Source: Podarcis filfolensis (lineage: Eukaryota). From it: DNA of 64,000 nucleotides. Location: the NCBI GenBank assembly GCA_964270895.1, contig OZ185441.1. The stretch is one strand, 5' to 3'. Below the pieces are notes generated by a model that did not search any database, had not been told where the DNA came from, and saw nothing but the letters and a program-made list of their open reading frames with translations. Shown piece after piece: positions 12,666 to 25,885 of this stretch. Positions within the stretch are counted from its first letter, which is position 1. Each line of letters opens with the position of its first letter. A program made the translations under genes and the position numbers.

Positions 12666-12818
12666 TATTGTACACAAAACTGTATAAAACTATATGTATC
12701 TAACTTTTTAGCATGGTTCTAAAATAATATAGCATGGGGATCTGCAAATGCAATAGCACAAGTAGGCTTACATCTATACAATCTTTGGTTGCAATCCATA
12801 CATACTTAGTAAGAAGTA

Positions 12819-13058
12819 CAGTGGTACCTCAGTTTACGAACTTAATCCATTCCGGAAGTCCGCTCTTAAACTGAAACAGTTCTTAAACCAAGGTGCACTT
12901 TCCCTAATGAGGCCTCCCGCCCCGGTGCCCTTCCACCGTTCAACTTCCGTTCATGGACTGAGGTAAAGTTCGCTAACCAGAACACTACTTCCAGTTTTGT
13001 GGAGGTCGTAAACTGAATAGTTTGTAAACAGGGCTGTTCTTAAACCGAGGCACCACTA
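12819..13058. mobile_element. Tc1/mariner (pogo/Tigger-like) MITE
   Basis: TA | cagtggtacctcagttt ... aaaccgaggcaccacta | TA. Confidence 0.85.
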
Positions 13059-14869
13059 TAAATGCCACTGAACTCAGCTGGTCTTGCTTCTCAGTGAAAA
13101 TGCACATTTGTATCTTTGTTGCTTTTCTTTTTTAAATGCACATAATTTCTGCCTTTTGCCTGCTTATCAGTATCATTAATGTCTGGCCTGTGAATGAATT
13201 TTAGCACATTCCCACTCTTTTTGTAAAACAACAGCACCACAGTAAAAATATATTGCAGGAAGAAAGGGAGTTTATAGAGTACTCTGTATTCTAAGAGGCG
13301 GCTGTATATTTAGTCTTTGAGCATTTGGAACACTTATTATAGGGATCAATTTGGCAAGAGCAGGGCCCAAATTATTTTAATAAAAAGTTCCATTAAATTC
13401 CATTGCATGGATGACTAAGTGCACAGGGATCGAATGTTCAGAGATGTGCATTGAAATAATCTTTTGTGTCTTTCCTGCTGAAAAGGCAGATGATCAGCAA
13501 GGCGGGAGCAGGAAGCTAATATGGATGCTGTAATGGAAATAGCAATAAGCCTTCAACAATTTATATAAACGTATAGAATCACATGTAACTTCAGACTTTC
13601 ATAGAACAGGGAGACAATTTCCAGTGTCATCAAAGAACAGTGAAATACACAATGGCTGCTGCAGTGTTGCTTTCTGAAAGGAATGGTATAGCTTTAGAAG
13701 TAAGAATGAGCAATTGCTAAGCTGCACTGCTGAAAATAGATATAGCTTTTGAGAGCCGAAAGAACACCTGGGCGATTGCTTAGATGATGCTCAGACATCC
13801 TCTAGCATATGTTAGATATTTTTGTGTTAATATTCCTTATGGCAGTGGTACAGCTTTTGAAGAAGCTGCCAGTAATAGAAACTCAGCCATAGCTGGCCCT
13901 ACCACAAAGTAAGGTGAGGTAGATTGCCTCAGGCAGTGATTTTGAGAGTTTTGGAGTGCCGTTCAGTGACAGAAAATTTTGAGTCAGCTGTTGTTTTTTT
14001 ATAGAAGAGACTACTCTAATGTCAGCCACCAGTCCTTTTGAGCCTGTGGGCACATTTGCAGACTAGAAAAACTGTTGTGGGCAGAACACACACACACTGC
14101 GACCGAGAAACACCACAACCTATTCTGTAGCCTACAGAACAATGCTGCTTTCAACCTTATTTCAATAGGGATGGAATGGCAGGGAGGGGTCTCTGTGAGT
14201 GTCAGGGAACACCTCTGTGGGCCCCACACTGGTGACTGCCGACATGCGTGATCCCAGGAATGGCAATGGCAGCACAGGGAAACAGATAGATGGTGGAATG
14301 CCTTTTCAAGACAGCATCTCCCATTACATCCTAGTATTCAAATGGAAGGTGCTATTGCTATGAGCCTTGCAGCAATATTTATCTTAGGTATAGATATATA
14401 TAGAGAAGAACACCCCTCCCCCAACACACACACTCCTAACCCTAAGGATAGTAGAGTAAGATCAAACCCCCACTTAGTCCTGCATCCTTTTTTCTGGATG
14501 TTTTCAGGGAGTCCAGAAACAAAGAATGAAGTCACCCGTGCTCCTCTTTGGTTTGACCCCCCCACTGGGCCCTGTGAGACCCTGCATGTTCAGCCTGCTG
14601 CTTTGCATGCTTACACAGAAGTAAGTCTTGCTGTGTTCAGTAGTGCTTACACTTAGGTAAGTGTGCACATTGCAGCCTCAGAGACACACTACCTGCAAAC
14701 TTGGAGGCTCTGTTTAGAAATTTAGGCTAATGCCCGTTGATATAATCCCTCTTCTCTCCTGTGAAATTGTTTGATTCCTTTTTAAAGCCAGGCCATCACT
14801 TCCTCATGTGGCAGTGAAATCTATAAGTTTATTATAGATTCTGTGGAGAAGTACTTAGCTCTGTCTGTC

Positions 14870-15200
14870 CTATATCTACTTCCAATCAATTCCATTGAGT
14901 GAGTCAGTGCTGCTATTAGAGAGGGAGAAAAAGGCTTCTCGGTCCATTTTCTTCAGAGCATGCATCATTTTATAAACTTCTTGTCATCTATTTTTCTAAA
15001 TTTAAAAGCCCCAAATACCTGAACCTCTCCTTATGGTAAAGTTACAACTTACCTTACTGTGTTTGGTTGCCCTTTCTGGCAGCTTAGACACTATGTTCCA
15101 AACGTGGCCACACCAGAAGTTTGTGCAAGATGATTTCAAGGTACTACGAAATGAATCAGGATTGGTTATATGACAGCATCGTAACACTGACATTCCTTAT
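14870..15200 (-). mobile_element. Old CR1 LINE fragment
   Basis: Decayed motifs ttttctaaatttaaaagccccaaa and tgttccaaacgtggccacacc resemble the reverse CR1 ORF2 3' region. Confidence 0.55.
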
Positions 15201-17687
15201 AGGGCTTCTGTTGTTGATTGCTGAGATGATTTTATGTGAAGAAACACATAACACATTAGTGTATTATTATTACTATAATAACAAAGTGGTGGTAGAGGAT
15301 TGCTCCATATTCCCTGACAAAGAACCCTTTAGAAGTTCTGGCAGTTAGCAGGTAAAGCTCTATTTGCTTAACCGGGGTGGGGGGGTGTTCAGTCAGATTT
15401 TACAGTGTATATCATAGTACCATTTCAACAGGGATTACTCCTGTAGAATTCAATTTCCACTGTAACAGAGTCCCTAGGCAGATTTTGGGAGTCTAATATT
15501 TACTTCCATAGAATAGCCTTCTAAAGTACCATGAATAAAGTACTTTCAATTTATCCCAAAGTAAAAGTCAACCCAAGGACCTAGATGAAACCTAACCTAT
15601 GAGCCTATTGACCTATGAACAGAACACAAGACAATCAAGAAGTCTGGTTGAAGAGAGCAGAGTGAAGAAATCAAGGGAACTCACTTTCAAAGAGTTACAG
15701 TGCACTTCTTGTGGGGCTTAATTTACAAAGCAAAAGTCACTCCCGTTGATCTTTGTCTATCTGGGAATGACTTTTGTATCCAAGATGCAAAGGGAACATT
15801 GGTTTCTCAAGTGAAGGAAATCACTGTGTGTTAAAAGTTCCCACTGGCATGAAAGAAAGTTTGCCACTTTTATATAGTTATTGGCTATAAGGAGTCCCTC
15901 TGTGTGTGGCTAATGCTACTTTCAGAAACCATTGATCTCTAATCCAGAGAGCAGTTTCCTGTGGTACTTCAGTATAGTAATTAAAGTACCTAAGATTTTG
16001 CCTGAGACCTCTGATGAAAGAAAAGCTATACAAAAAGACCTCCAGCAATATATATGACTAGTATCACCCCCAACGCTCATTAAACAAAAATAGAGTTGAA
16101 AACAGAGAGGTGAGTGCTCTTGAGCTATTTTTACAAAATCTTTTGAGCGCATCACAACAGCTAAAGGGAAGACAATCTATGCAAACTTACCCGTATCTGT
16201 CCCATTTATCTCCAAACTAAATCCCTTCAGCCTCCCACTTTAGGCCAATTCATCTGGCATTATGAGTCACTGGCTTTGCTCACATAACTCCTGCATATGA
16301 AGGTTAGTGGAGCAGAACCTGTTGGTAAGCGCTCACAGCTCCCATGCTGCTGTGATGATGGATTAAATCAGCCCTAGTTTGTGCTGAGGCAATGGTCCTT
16401 TCCTGCAGCCATTAGGGTGGCGTTGTTCTGTGAGAAGCTTAAGAGAATCCCCTCTCCTTGCATATCCCTTAAGCTGCTCCTTTCCTGACCTCTTCCAAGG
16501 CATCAAAAGCCCTTTGTGTGGTGTTCCTGTGCCACACAGGGCTTTCCCTCTCATCATAGTACTGAAAGTATGTCAAACTCATGGGCTCACAGCTGAGACA
16601 CAGCGGTTGGGTTTGCACTTGCATTTTAGTTATATGATTGTGATTTCATTGTTTCACTGTTTTATTGTTTTATTTTGCACACCACCTTGAGAGGAATTTA
16701 TTGTTTATTTGCACCATTTCTACACCACTTACTATATTAAAAGAAGCAGTGTACAGAAAACTAAAGCAACAACGGACAGCTTAAGCAACAAATATTTTTA
16801 AAAGCACACAGTTAACATATAAAAATGTAGCATCAATACAGAATTACTAATAAATGTAAACCAATGTCAGTTCTTTCACCTTTGGACATACCCTCCCTTT
16901 CAGTCTCCTGTCTCTCACCCTCCCACCCAGGGTCCAAAAGAACTCTCAGTTCACCTGCAAAAGTCTCACATCCTTCTGCATATTCAGGGAATGCTAATAT
17001 ATATCCTGAACAGAACTAAACAGTTTTTGCTAAAGGGAATTTGCTAAATTAGTTCATTTAAGGAAATACACTTGAAGAACTTTAGGGAAAATATTGTGCC
17101 TGTTTAAAACTATGACTGACATGTATGGTCAAAGAGTAGATGGAAACTTTTGTATATATTATAGCTGCATGTACCTCCCTAGGGCAAAACAAATTTAAAT
17201 CCTAATGAGACTTAGTATACCAGGACACCACCTAAAGAGCCACTGACTGCATGAGTTTACGGCATTATCATGGAATAATTTCAGACCCGGAAATGCCCCA
17301 AAGTTACTCTTAGGGCTCTGAAAGGATCTAACATTTGACAGTTCAAGAGAAGTGGACAGAAACCAAAATTGGATCATAGCAAGCACAGTACCATGCAAAG
17401 ATAAATTTCCCTACCAGTTAACTATTTGAGACAGCTGTAACTAAGAAGATAGATGTGAGCTGAGTCCCTCCAGGCATCCTTTCAGTGAATATTTACAGCA
17501 TCTAGGTTTTCTGATTCAGCAAACTGGAATACCTCCAAACACAGGAGGCATGCATTCCTCATCCCTATACACATGTGCTCGTACAGGTTGATGCTCAAGC
17601 AAAATAATGCTATAGGAAATCTGTTGCCTGAGAGAATTAAAAATGAGAACATTATCCATTCATGTTTGACCTCCAGGCAGATTAATG

Positions 17688-17707
17688 CAGGCATAGGCCT
17701 ATGCCTG
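17688..17707. mobile_element. hAT MITE reduced to fused TIRs (20-bp perfect palindrome)
   Basis: caggcataggcctatgcctg equals the two termini of the 2648-2750 element. Flanks gattaatg and gattaata form a 7/8 TSD. Confidence 0.75.
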
Positions 17708-19730
17708 GATTAATATGATTAACTAATATTTCACAGAATCAAACTTGTGTTCAGATTGCCAAATTCTGTGTGCAGCTGGAAGAGCAAATGTGCTTCTGCA
17801 CAACTGAACATCAGAAGGACAAGAACAGTGTGTTTAGTCCTCAGCTGTACCAAGTGGAGAGCTAGATGAACTGTTGACGGCATGCCAACTTTCTGCTCTA
17901 CTAATTCTGGCCTGACATGCCACCACAGTGCCATGTATTCCATGCTATGTCAATAGAGGGTAGAATGTTGGCCAAGTGTTGCATGTAATGGCTTGGCCAA
18001 TAATCTATGTGTTCCATCTCTTTCCAATATAGCAGTATCCTCAACCTGAAGGTCATCCACCCACACCACCCCTATTTCCCAGCTGCTCTATGATGCTGGG
18101 AAGGAGGACGTTGAATGGGCAAGGGATAGTAAGTAAATATGGGCACCGGCAGGAAAGCCAGCTTTAATGCCAGAGGAGCAGGAGCAAGAACACAATTTAC
18201 AAGGTGGGCGAGAGATGGTGAATTCTTCAACTCTCTGTAGTATTGGGAGCAGCCTGTTTGGAGTGTGGAGTAACAATCTACCCAAATGTGGTAGGCTTTC
18301 TAGCTTCTGACAAAGCCTACCCCCCCAACCCGAGTGAAATGAACAGGTTCAAGGCATGCTAGTTCAAAACCCTGTCCTGTTTCTCTTGATCATTAGACCA
18401 GCATTTGTAATGTCATCTGAATATCTGGATATTTTTTGTCCTTTAAATGCAAATCATATCCCTGTTCTCGTAATTTCTTCCTCCACCTTTCCTATCATTA
18501 TCATCACCTTACACCACTTCAGAAGAAATCAGCTCTTCGGTGCATGATTGAAAGCAAGCCTCCTTGACTTCTACAAGCTGATAGCTGGGTTTTGTTAAAT
18601 AAGCTTTTAGCATTGTGACAGATTTCATTAACTCTTTGTGTTATGCAAAAGCTGTACCTGTTACAGGATTTATGCACCGTGCTGTGGAAAGCTGGAATGA
18701 AGGGCCAGGCTAATGAGCTTGGAACGTGGAGCTGCTTCAAAATCTGAAGAGGCAAGTTCTTACAGGTCACACTGCCCTTGCAACATTGTTTGTAATTACT
18801 TTATGTTGCCAAAATGTGCAAAGATTTCTTACCGCAAGGATTATACCCCAAGGATTCTGGCCATGGTAAGACATTTTGAATCAGAATAGATTTATTTTGA
18901 CATTTTTTTACCTTGTTGCATCCCCAGGGTACTATAGCTTTCTGTTTCATGTTCACATTACAAAAAGTTTGAAATGGATTAAGCTGAATGATAGTGACTT
19001 GGACAAAGCCACCCACTGAATTTAGGGTGACTAAGCAGGCATTTGAAACTGGAACTCCTTTGATCAAACCTATCACCCCATCTCCTCCACATCACACTGT
19101 CTTTCAAATAAAGGAAAATGGAATTTCACAGAGAAATCAGGGTATAGCTATACTCCTCCCCCCACAATTACTTTCATCACTGGTTTATACCAGCTGTAAC
19201 TACGCTGATTGTGCTCTTGGTGCACCTAGCCTACCTTACAGGTCTCTTGGGAAGATATAGCAGGAAGTGCACAATGGCTGCAAAAGGGGACTTGATGCTT
19301 GCATCATAGGCATAGAATCTTAATTCCTTTAGCCAATGTGATGCTTTTCTGCCCCTCACTGCAAATTAATTACAGCTCCAAGGTTTCACCCAATCTTAAT
19401 CCAGCCTGCTTATTGGATGTTTTAATAGTGAGAACCTGTTTCCAGACAAAACCACATAGGGAATTGAACCCTGGTTGCTAGGAAGGGCAAAGAACAGAGA
19501 TTTAAAAGAACAGAAAATGAGGAACAAGCAGTGTGTGTGGGGGGGAGTGCATTAGGGGAGAAGGGGCAACACCAGCTCTTTAGACTCCAGGGATTCTTAT
19601 ACCTTTGTGTTCAAACAGCTCAAATCATCAAACACAGGTCTGACTCTTCTCATAGGCTAAAAACACTGAAGGGTGGGAGCAGCTAGAGTGGCTGACTAGG
19701 AAGTTGCCTGCATATAACTTTGCTTGTAGG

Positions 19731-19734
19731 AATA

Positions 19735-19786
<52 letters not shown>

Positions 19787-19930
19787 GTTATTTATACCCC
19801 ACCCTCTCCGGCCAGGACTGGGCTCAGAGCAGCTAACATCCAAGTATATAATACATTAAAACATAAAATCAAACAATTGATTAAAATGCAGCTTAAATCA
19901 AATTCAGATCAGAATAAAATCAGGTGGCAA
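19731..19930 (-). mobile_element. L2 LINE 3' terminus with microsatellite tail
   Basis: (aat)n at 19731-19783 followed by atttataccccaccctctccggccaggactgggctcagagcagct. Confidence 0.7.
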
Positions 19931-22159
19931 ATCTAGAGATTTGCTTTTTTTAAAAAAAGAAAGCTTAGCATCTGGACCCACTTGCAGTTGTACCATTATA
20001 ATCCAGTCTTGCATAATAGAAATGGCTTGGTATTATGCCAGCTGAAAAGATTAACTCCGCAGACAATAGACAGTATCTGTGCATGTACATCTGGTATAGG
20101 CCATCGCCCTTGAAGCAACTACATAAACATTTTACCACATGTATTTACATTGTTCCATTCACAGTTCCATGCCACATATGGAAATTTAAATATGTGTGTG
20201 TACATGCTTACACCCCTTTATCCAACCATATGAAGTGGCCTTGGGTGGAATGCCTGGTAGGGCATTTTTCTAAGACAGTCTGGGTGAAGGTCCTCCAGGT
20301 GTGTGATCCTCCAGGCTTCTGTATCTGGTCCTCAGGACTCCCCACGTCCCAAGCCAAATCTCCTGTTACTCTTCTAGGTATCATCATTGGGTGCTTTTGC
20401 CTAGCTGGAATGTGACCTTGAATGATGATAATGCCTCTTGCAGGCTAGAATGGAGGACAGAGAGATGTGAGTATGCATCAACCTCTGGTGTTTGTGTGGC
20501 AAAAATATACTCTATAGAGGCATAAGTTACATACATTTCTCCACTAACTTTTGCATCTGGCTCTACCCATTTTTGCCCATGGCCCTGCTCACCACTAGCC
20601 AAAAATGAGTGGGTGCTTAACAGAATCTCACCCATGTTTCCATCTCAACTGGATGCTGCTTTTCTGTACTTACCAGTAACTCAGAATATGTGACAAACTG
20701 CAGCAAACTCAGACTGATTTCAGATGTTTCCCAGCTCATCGGTTCACATTTCAAATGTTGTTGGTTGTTTTTATTTGCTTAGATACATAGAACATCTGGC
20801 TTCTCTGTTGGCTAAACATCCAAAGTTTTGGCCCTGGGCATCATATTTTAGGGCTTCTGGTTACAGGTCAGTATTCAATGTCAAGCTACATTCATATAAA
20901 TATAACACTGTAAACCTTGGCAACTCCTTTACCTTGTAAATTAACCTACACCAAAAGCCATTACAGAAGATAAAATGCTGAGCAAAGAATCCTCAAAGGA
21001 GAAACTGTCAGCTCCGCCGCTCTGGTCGCAATTAATTGATCAAATGATGCAATAAAATGGCCAGTAAATGCAATGCCCTAACTGGTGTTACACAACATTT
21101 TTTAACATCATTGCAGCCAAACTAATTTGGCTTTGAAGAGTTTGGAAGCAAGCACCATTTTTCTTTGTGTCATTGGACTTTTCACCTAGCAGCCCACTGA
21201 TTACTGGGAATAACTCCAGCTACTGAAATGCACAATTCCAGCTAATGAAACTGACCAGCTATCTAAGCTTAGCAATGCCATGAGAAGTAAAGGATTTTCT
21301 AGGAAACCAAGGCACTGCAGCATTATCTCTATGGCTGCAGCTTTAATTCAATGGCCTAGATAAAGCGCCAAGAGCCAGCTAAGGAGATGGTAAGAGAAGA
21401 CAGGAGTCAACTGGGGAACCCAATACAGGCTTAAGGACAACTCCACCAATGTTTCCCTTTCTTTCCATAACTTCAGCTAGCAAATGGCAGGCTCTAGGCT
21501 CTCTGCTCTCTATATCAGCAGAAGGGAGACTGAGACTGTATAAATTAAATGGAGTTTTGCTGCAAATACAGTCCTTCTACTTTCCAGTGGTATTTAAATA
21601 ATTGCACACAGGCCTTGCTGCTAAGATCTGAAAATTGTTCCCATAACAACTACAAAAGGGGAAAAAACATGTTTGTAATTTACCTTGGTACAGGAGTGAA
21701 GGAAGAAATCCACAAGAATAGATCAATCATGGACCTTGTACATTTTGCAGTAGTTTAAGCAGGGATACAGTCAAATTTATCCAAAGGGAACTGCCAAAAT
21801 ATTCAGATACTCAAAATATTCAGATGCTCAGAATTCCAGATACATGAATGAATAAATTAAAAAGTTACATAAGAAGGGCTGTTGGAAGACAACTGGATAA
21901 TGGGAGCTGCTCTATCAGCTATAACATTGACAATTCAGCTTTCTTTGATATATGAAGTTTATAAAAACACTTTTCAATTTACATTTTCTCCAGATTTTAA
22001 TGGTTTGGAAAAATTATTTAAGGCTACAGGTACAATTTTTGTGGCATCTTTTCTCTTTGTTTTTTGTTATATAACATAATAATTGTTTAAAACTTGAGCA
22101 ACTGCAAACTTGCAGAGAAACTGTGAGAAAAATAATACATAATTTTTTTAAAAGAACCA

Positions 22160-22325
22160 TCCATTTATGTACACAGGAAGCGACCTTATATCAAGTCAGA
22201 TTAGATCAGTATTATCTACTTTGACTGGCAGCAGCCTTCCAGAATTTTAGGTAGAGTTTTTTCCCATGCCTTACCCAGAGATGTCAGAGATTAAGCCTGG
22301 GATCTTTTGCCTGCGCTCTATCCAT
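22160..22325 (-). mobile_element. tRNA-derived SINE relic
   Basis: cacaggaagcgaccttatatcaagtcaga...gagatgtcagagattaagcctggga resembles a reversed squamate SINE with a decayed B-box. Confidence 0.5.
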
Positions 22326-22739
22326 AGCTGTCAACATTTCCCTTTTTTAAATTCCCTTATTCCAAATAGGATTCCTCGCAAGAAAAGGGAAAGTTGACAG
22401 CTATGGCTATCATTGATTTAAACCAACTCCCAAGAGAACACTTATGGAAAATTTGCTGATTGGCTGGAAAAGCTACTATAAAGCAACTGAGTAGCCCACG
22501 ACAGGAATTAAAGTTGAATAGCTCTGTTGCAGCTCTGTAGAGAGGACTTAATAACTGCAATGTAGATTAAAGAAGTATGGCTAGAATAAAATCTAAGGCA
22601 ATTTTTACTCAGGCAAAATCTCTGCAGGAATTTTCTTGGAAGAAAAAAGAACTTGAAGAAAGGTGACATTTGTCAAGGAGTTGGGGATGGTTTGCACATC
22701 TCTAAGATGGACAGGGTAATCCTGGTTCATATAAGAAAG

Positions 22740-22748
22740 TTATTGTTA

Positions 22749-22781
<33 letters not shown>

Positions 22782-22910
22782 TATTGAATTTATATACCAC
22801 CCTATACCCAGAGGTCTCAGGGTGGTTCACAGAACAAAATCAAAATATAAAACCACAAAATATATAATCAAAATGAAAACAACCCCCCAATAACCCTCCT
22901 CCCAGTTAAG
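22740..22910 (-). mobile_element. L2 LINE 3' terminus (same family as 12213-12665)
   Basis: Shares ggtctcagggtggttcacagaa...aaaatcaa...aaaaccacaaaa with 12260-12320, plus an (att)n tail. Confidence 0.85.
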
Positions 22911-22924
22911 TTTAATATTCTCAG

Positions 22925-23155
22925 TAGTGGCGCCCACCCTGCAGAATGCCCTCCCGTCAGATGTCAAGGAGATTAGTAGCTACATAACCTTTAGAAGACA
23001 ACTGAAGGCAGCCCTATATAGGGAAGCTTTTTAAGGTTTAATATTTTATCATGTTTTTATATATGTTGGAGGCCACCCAAAGCGGCTGGGGCAACCCAGT
23101 CAGATGGGTCTGGTACAAATAATACATTATTATTATTATTATTATTATTATTACA
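22925..23155 (+). mobile_element. L2 LINE 3' region with (ATT)n tail
   Basis: gtggcgcccaccctgcagaatgccctcccgtcagatgtcaagg encodes the decayed L2 ORF2 end (VAPTL.NALP). The terminus matches 10285-10395. Confidence 0.85.
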
Positions 23156-24887
23156 GATGAGCTGCTGGGTGGGCACAGCAACTCACTAGATTGGATAGTA
23201 AGGCCCTAATGTAGCTTTGGCAAAGATGGCAGATGTGTAAAGCTGATGGAAAGAATCTGATTCACCTCCTTGAGAATACAATAAGAATTATTTAAAAGGT
23301 GATATGTCACATCAACACTGAATCTCTGTTGTTGGTTGCTAGCTTAAGTTTCCTCATTTGACCCAGTTACATTTCAAAATATACAGAAGGTGAAAAGCCT
23401 AGTACCAAAAAAAACCCCTTGTTTTTTCCTCATATTCTATTTTGTTTTCCCCAATTACATTCCACCTGTACAAAAGTGTCATATATATACCCTGAGTTTT
23501 TGTTGACAGAGTTCCGCACAACACATGGTTCAATGAAGCACACAGAAAATAGTCAGTGCTTTCAGAAGTCAATGCAAGAAATAGAAATTATCACCTGGTG
23601 ATCACCAGATCCAGATCAATCTACTGCAGGAGGGCTGAATGATACCAAACACATGTAGAATAAGTATTTGATTGATGTCACTGACTAATTTGTGGCTTTT
23701 TGTCATGATATTGAAAATGTACGTGTCAAGTCAAAACAGAAATTACTTTTCTCACTAAAGCTGTGGATTGAAGGATTTATGAGGATTTACTGCTGGAAGT
23801 GGAAACAGGTGGTTGTACAATGCAGCAATGCACAAAATGAATTTAAGAACGGCTTGGGTGGTTTGCAGCAGCTTTAGGCAAATGCCTTCAAGTTAAAGAA
23901 ACTAGACAGCTTAGGTATTATCCTTCCTCTATGCAAATTTCCAAAAAGCCCATAGCCATGGTAGCACTTCATATCAAAGTGTGGGGGGAGGGGGAATCAA
24001 TGTCTCTGCTGCATAGAGCAGTGCCATGGATAATGGATTTTTTGTAGGCAGCATCTAAGCTGGTTTTCAGACTCTTCAGTCCCCTCAAGAGTTACTCTAA
24101 AATATTATTCTCAATATGCACAAATATAACCTTCATGTGCATTAACCTCATGCAACAAAGGTTGAATAGCTTGCTAGAATATAATCAGTTATCACTTAGG
24201 GTAAGTTCATACATGCAAGTTCATCTTTTGATTTCCCATGGTCTATTAATAGTTGAGGACTTTCTCTCATTCAAGCCATCAGTACTGTCAACTGATTTAC
24301 TTCTGTTCACGAGCCATTCATAGGAAGTTTTTAAAAGCAACATAAGACCGTTTCACCACACATTGCTCTATTCTTGCAATCTGCTTGCAATTGTGCTGTT
24401 GTGGTGCCTTGTCCTCTGGCCATGAAGTGGTGTCAGGGATCCTTAGGATTTCCTTAACATATTAGGCCTCTGAAGGCCTTCATAGCTCCTGTGTTGGTGA
24501 ATATGGGAGCAAGGAGCAGGTAGCCCTGCCTCCTGATGTTGTGTGCTCCTGGCTGGGCGCTCCTGTGATGTTCATGCACATAGCAAAAAATCTGCAGAGA
24601 TGGTGCCACTGTGCTCCTAGTTATAAATATACATGTGTCTATAGGATCTGGACACCTCAATCAACTGGGGTTTGAGATCCTGTGAAGCCTTGGATATATA
24701 GCTTTACACATGAAGGCTCCCTCCCTGTAAGATGTCTGCAGTGTTCATACAGATGTTGGGAAAGGAGTATGAGACATGGGGCAGACCCATGCCTTGCTTT
24801 GGGTCCATCAGCAATTGCATAGGGCTGTTGTCACTCTCATTTTGGAAAACATCAGTTTCACAGAACTTCACTAAACAAACAGCACAG

Positions 24888-24892
<5 letters not shown>

Positions 24893-24921
<29 letters not shown>
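24893..24921. repeat. (CA)n microsatellite
   Basis: Direct reading. Confidence 0.98.
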
Positions 24922-24923
<2 letters not shown>

Positions 24924-25589
24924 TTTGATCTAGTAGTCTTATCTCACAACAGCCTTCTGAATAAGAGATAATCTGACATGATTTTGCATTGACTAGTATC
25001 TTAAGGGAAGCATCTAAAGGGAAAGAGTCTTGATCACCCTAACTGTAAACACTGTTTGCAGACTAAATCCTCAGTCTCTTCTGTAGGCATGCTGGCTATT
25101 CTCCTTTTGAAGATCCACCCACACAGGGACACAAAGCAGAGATCCAAAGTGTGGTTTCCAAGGCAAACCACAAGCAAACCTAATTATTGTTTTGTGCTGT
25201 ATTTGGCAAGGCATACTCTTTTCTTCCTGGTGCTAAAATGGAAGCAGGGAACTCATGTGCTACTGTTCTGCAACACTATCTTAAAAATAGTTCTCAAAAT
25301 AGGGAATGGAATATGAAGTAATGATGCTGATGCTGATAAATTGATTACCTGCCATTCAGCTGGAGGTCCCAGGTGGGTTACAACAATAAAAAATAAAAAA
25401 TACTTAAAAGAAATTGTATTTACAGTGATACAATTGGCCCTGAAAACAAACATCTCATGTGTCAAAGGCCGAGCTAAAGAGGTGCATGATAGCAATAATT
25501 CCAATAATGGCATTTTCCAGCAGCAAATACAATCATAATCCTCATTTTGTCTTCTGGGGGAGGTTGAGGGTATATATATATATTTGTTG

Positions 25590-25885
25590 TTGTTGTTGTT
25601 TATTAAATGTGTATACCACCCTTCATCACAAGGTGGTTCACAACATAAAAATACAAAATGAGAACACAAAATATATAATAAAATGAAAACAAACCAATAA
25701 TTCCCCTCGCCTGGCACCTAAAGGTATGTAAGGAAGGGGCGAGCATTCCACAAATGCAAAGTACCTCAAAAAGGCCAGTTCTTGTGTTGCCACCCTCTGG
25801 ACCTCTAATGGAGGAGGCACATGAAGAAGGGCGTCAAATGATTATTGCAGGGTCTGGGTTGGTTCATATGGGGAGAGGTGGTCCT
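25590..25885 (-). mobile_element. L2 LINE 3' region, internally deleted
   Basis: Homologous to 12260-12640: ggtggttcaca, gcctggcacctaaag, tgttgccaccctc, agggtctgggt.ggttcatatgg. Confidence 0.8.

Noticed and set aside
18290-18321. 10-bp perfect hairpin ggtaggcttt/aaagcctacc
   Set aside because: Stem too short for a pre-miRNA; expected occasionally by chance in 64 kb.
25253-25717. 154-aa minus ORF
   Set aside because: Partly derived from an L2 3' UTR and simple repeats.
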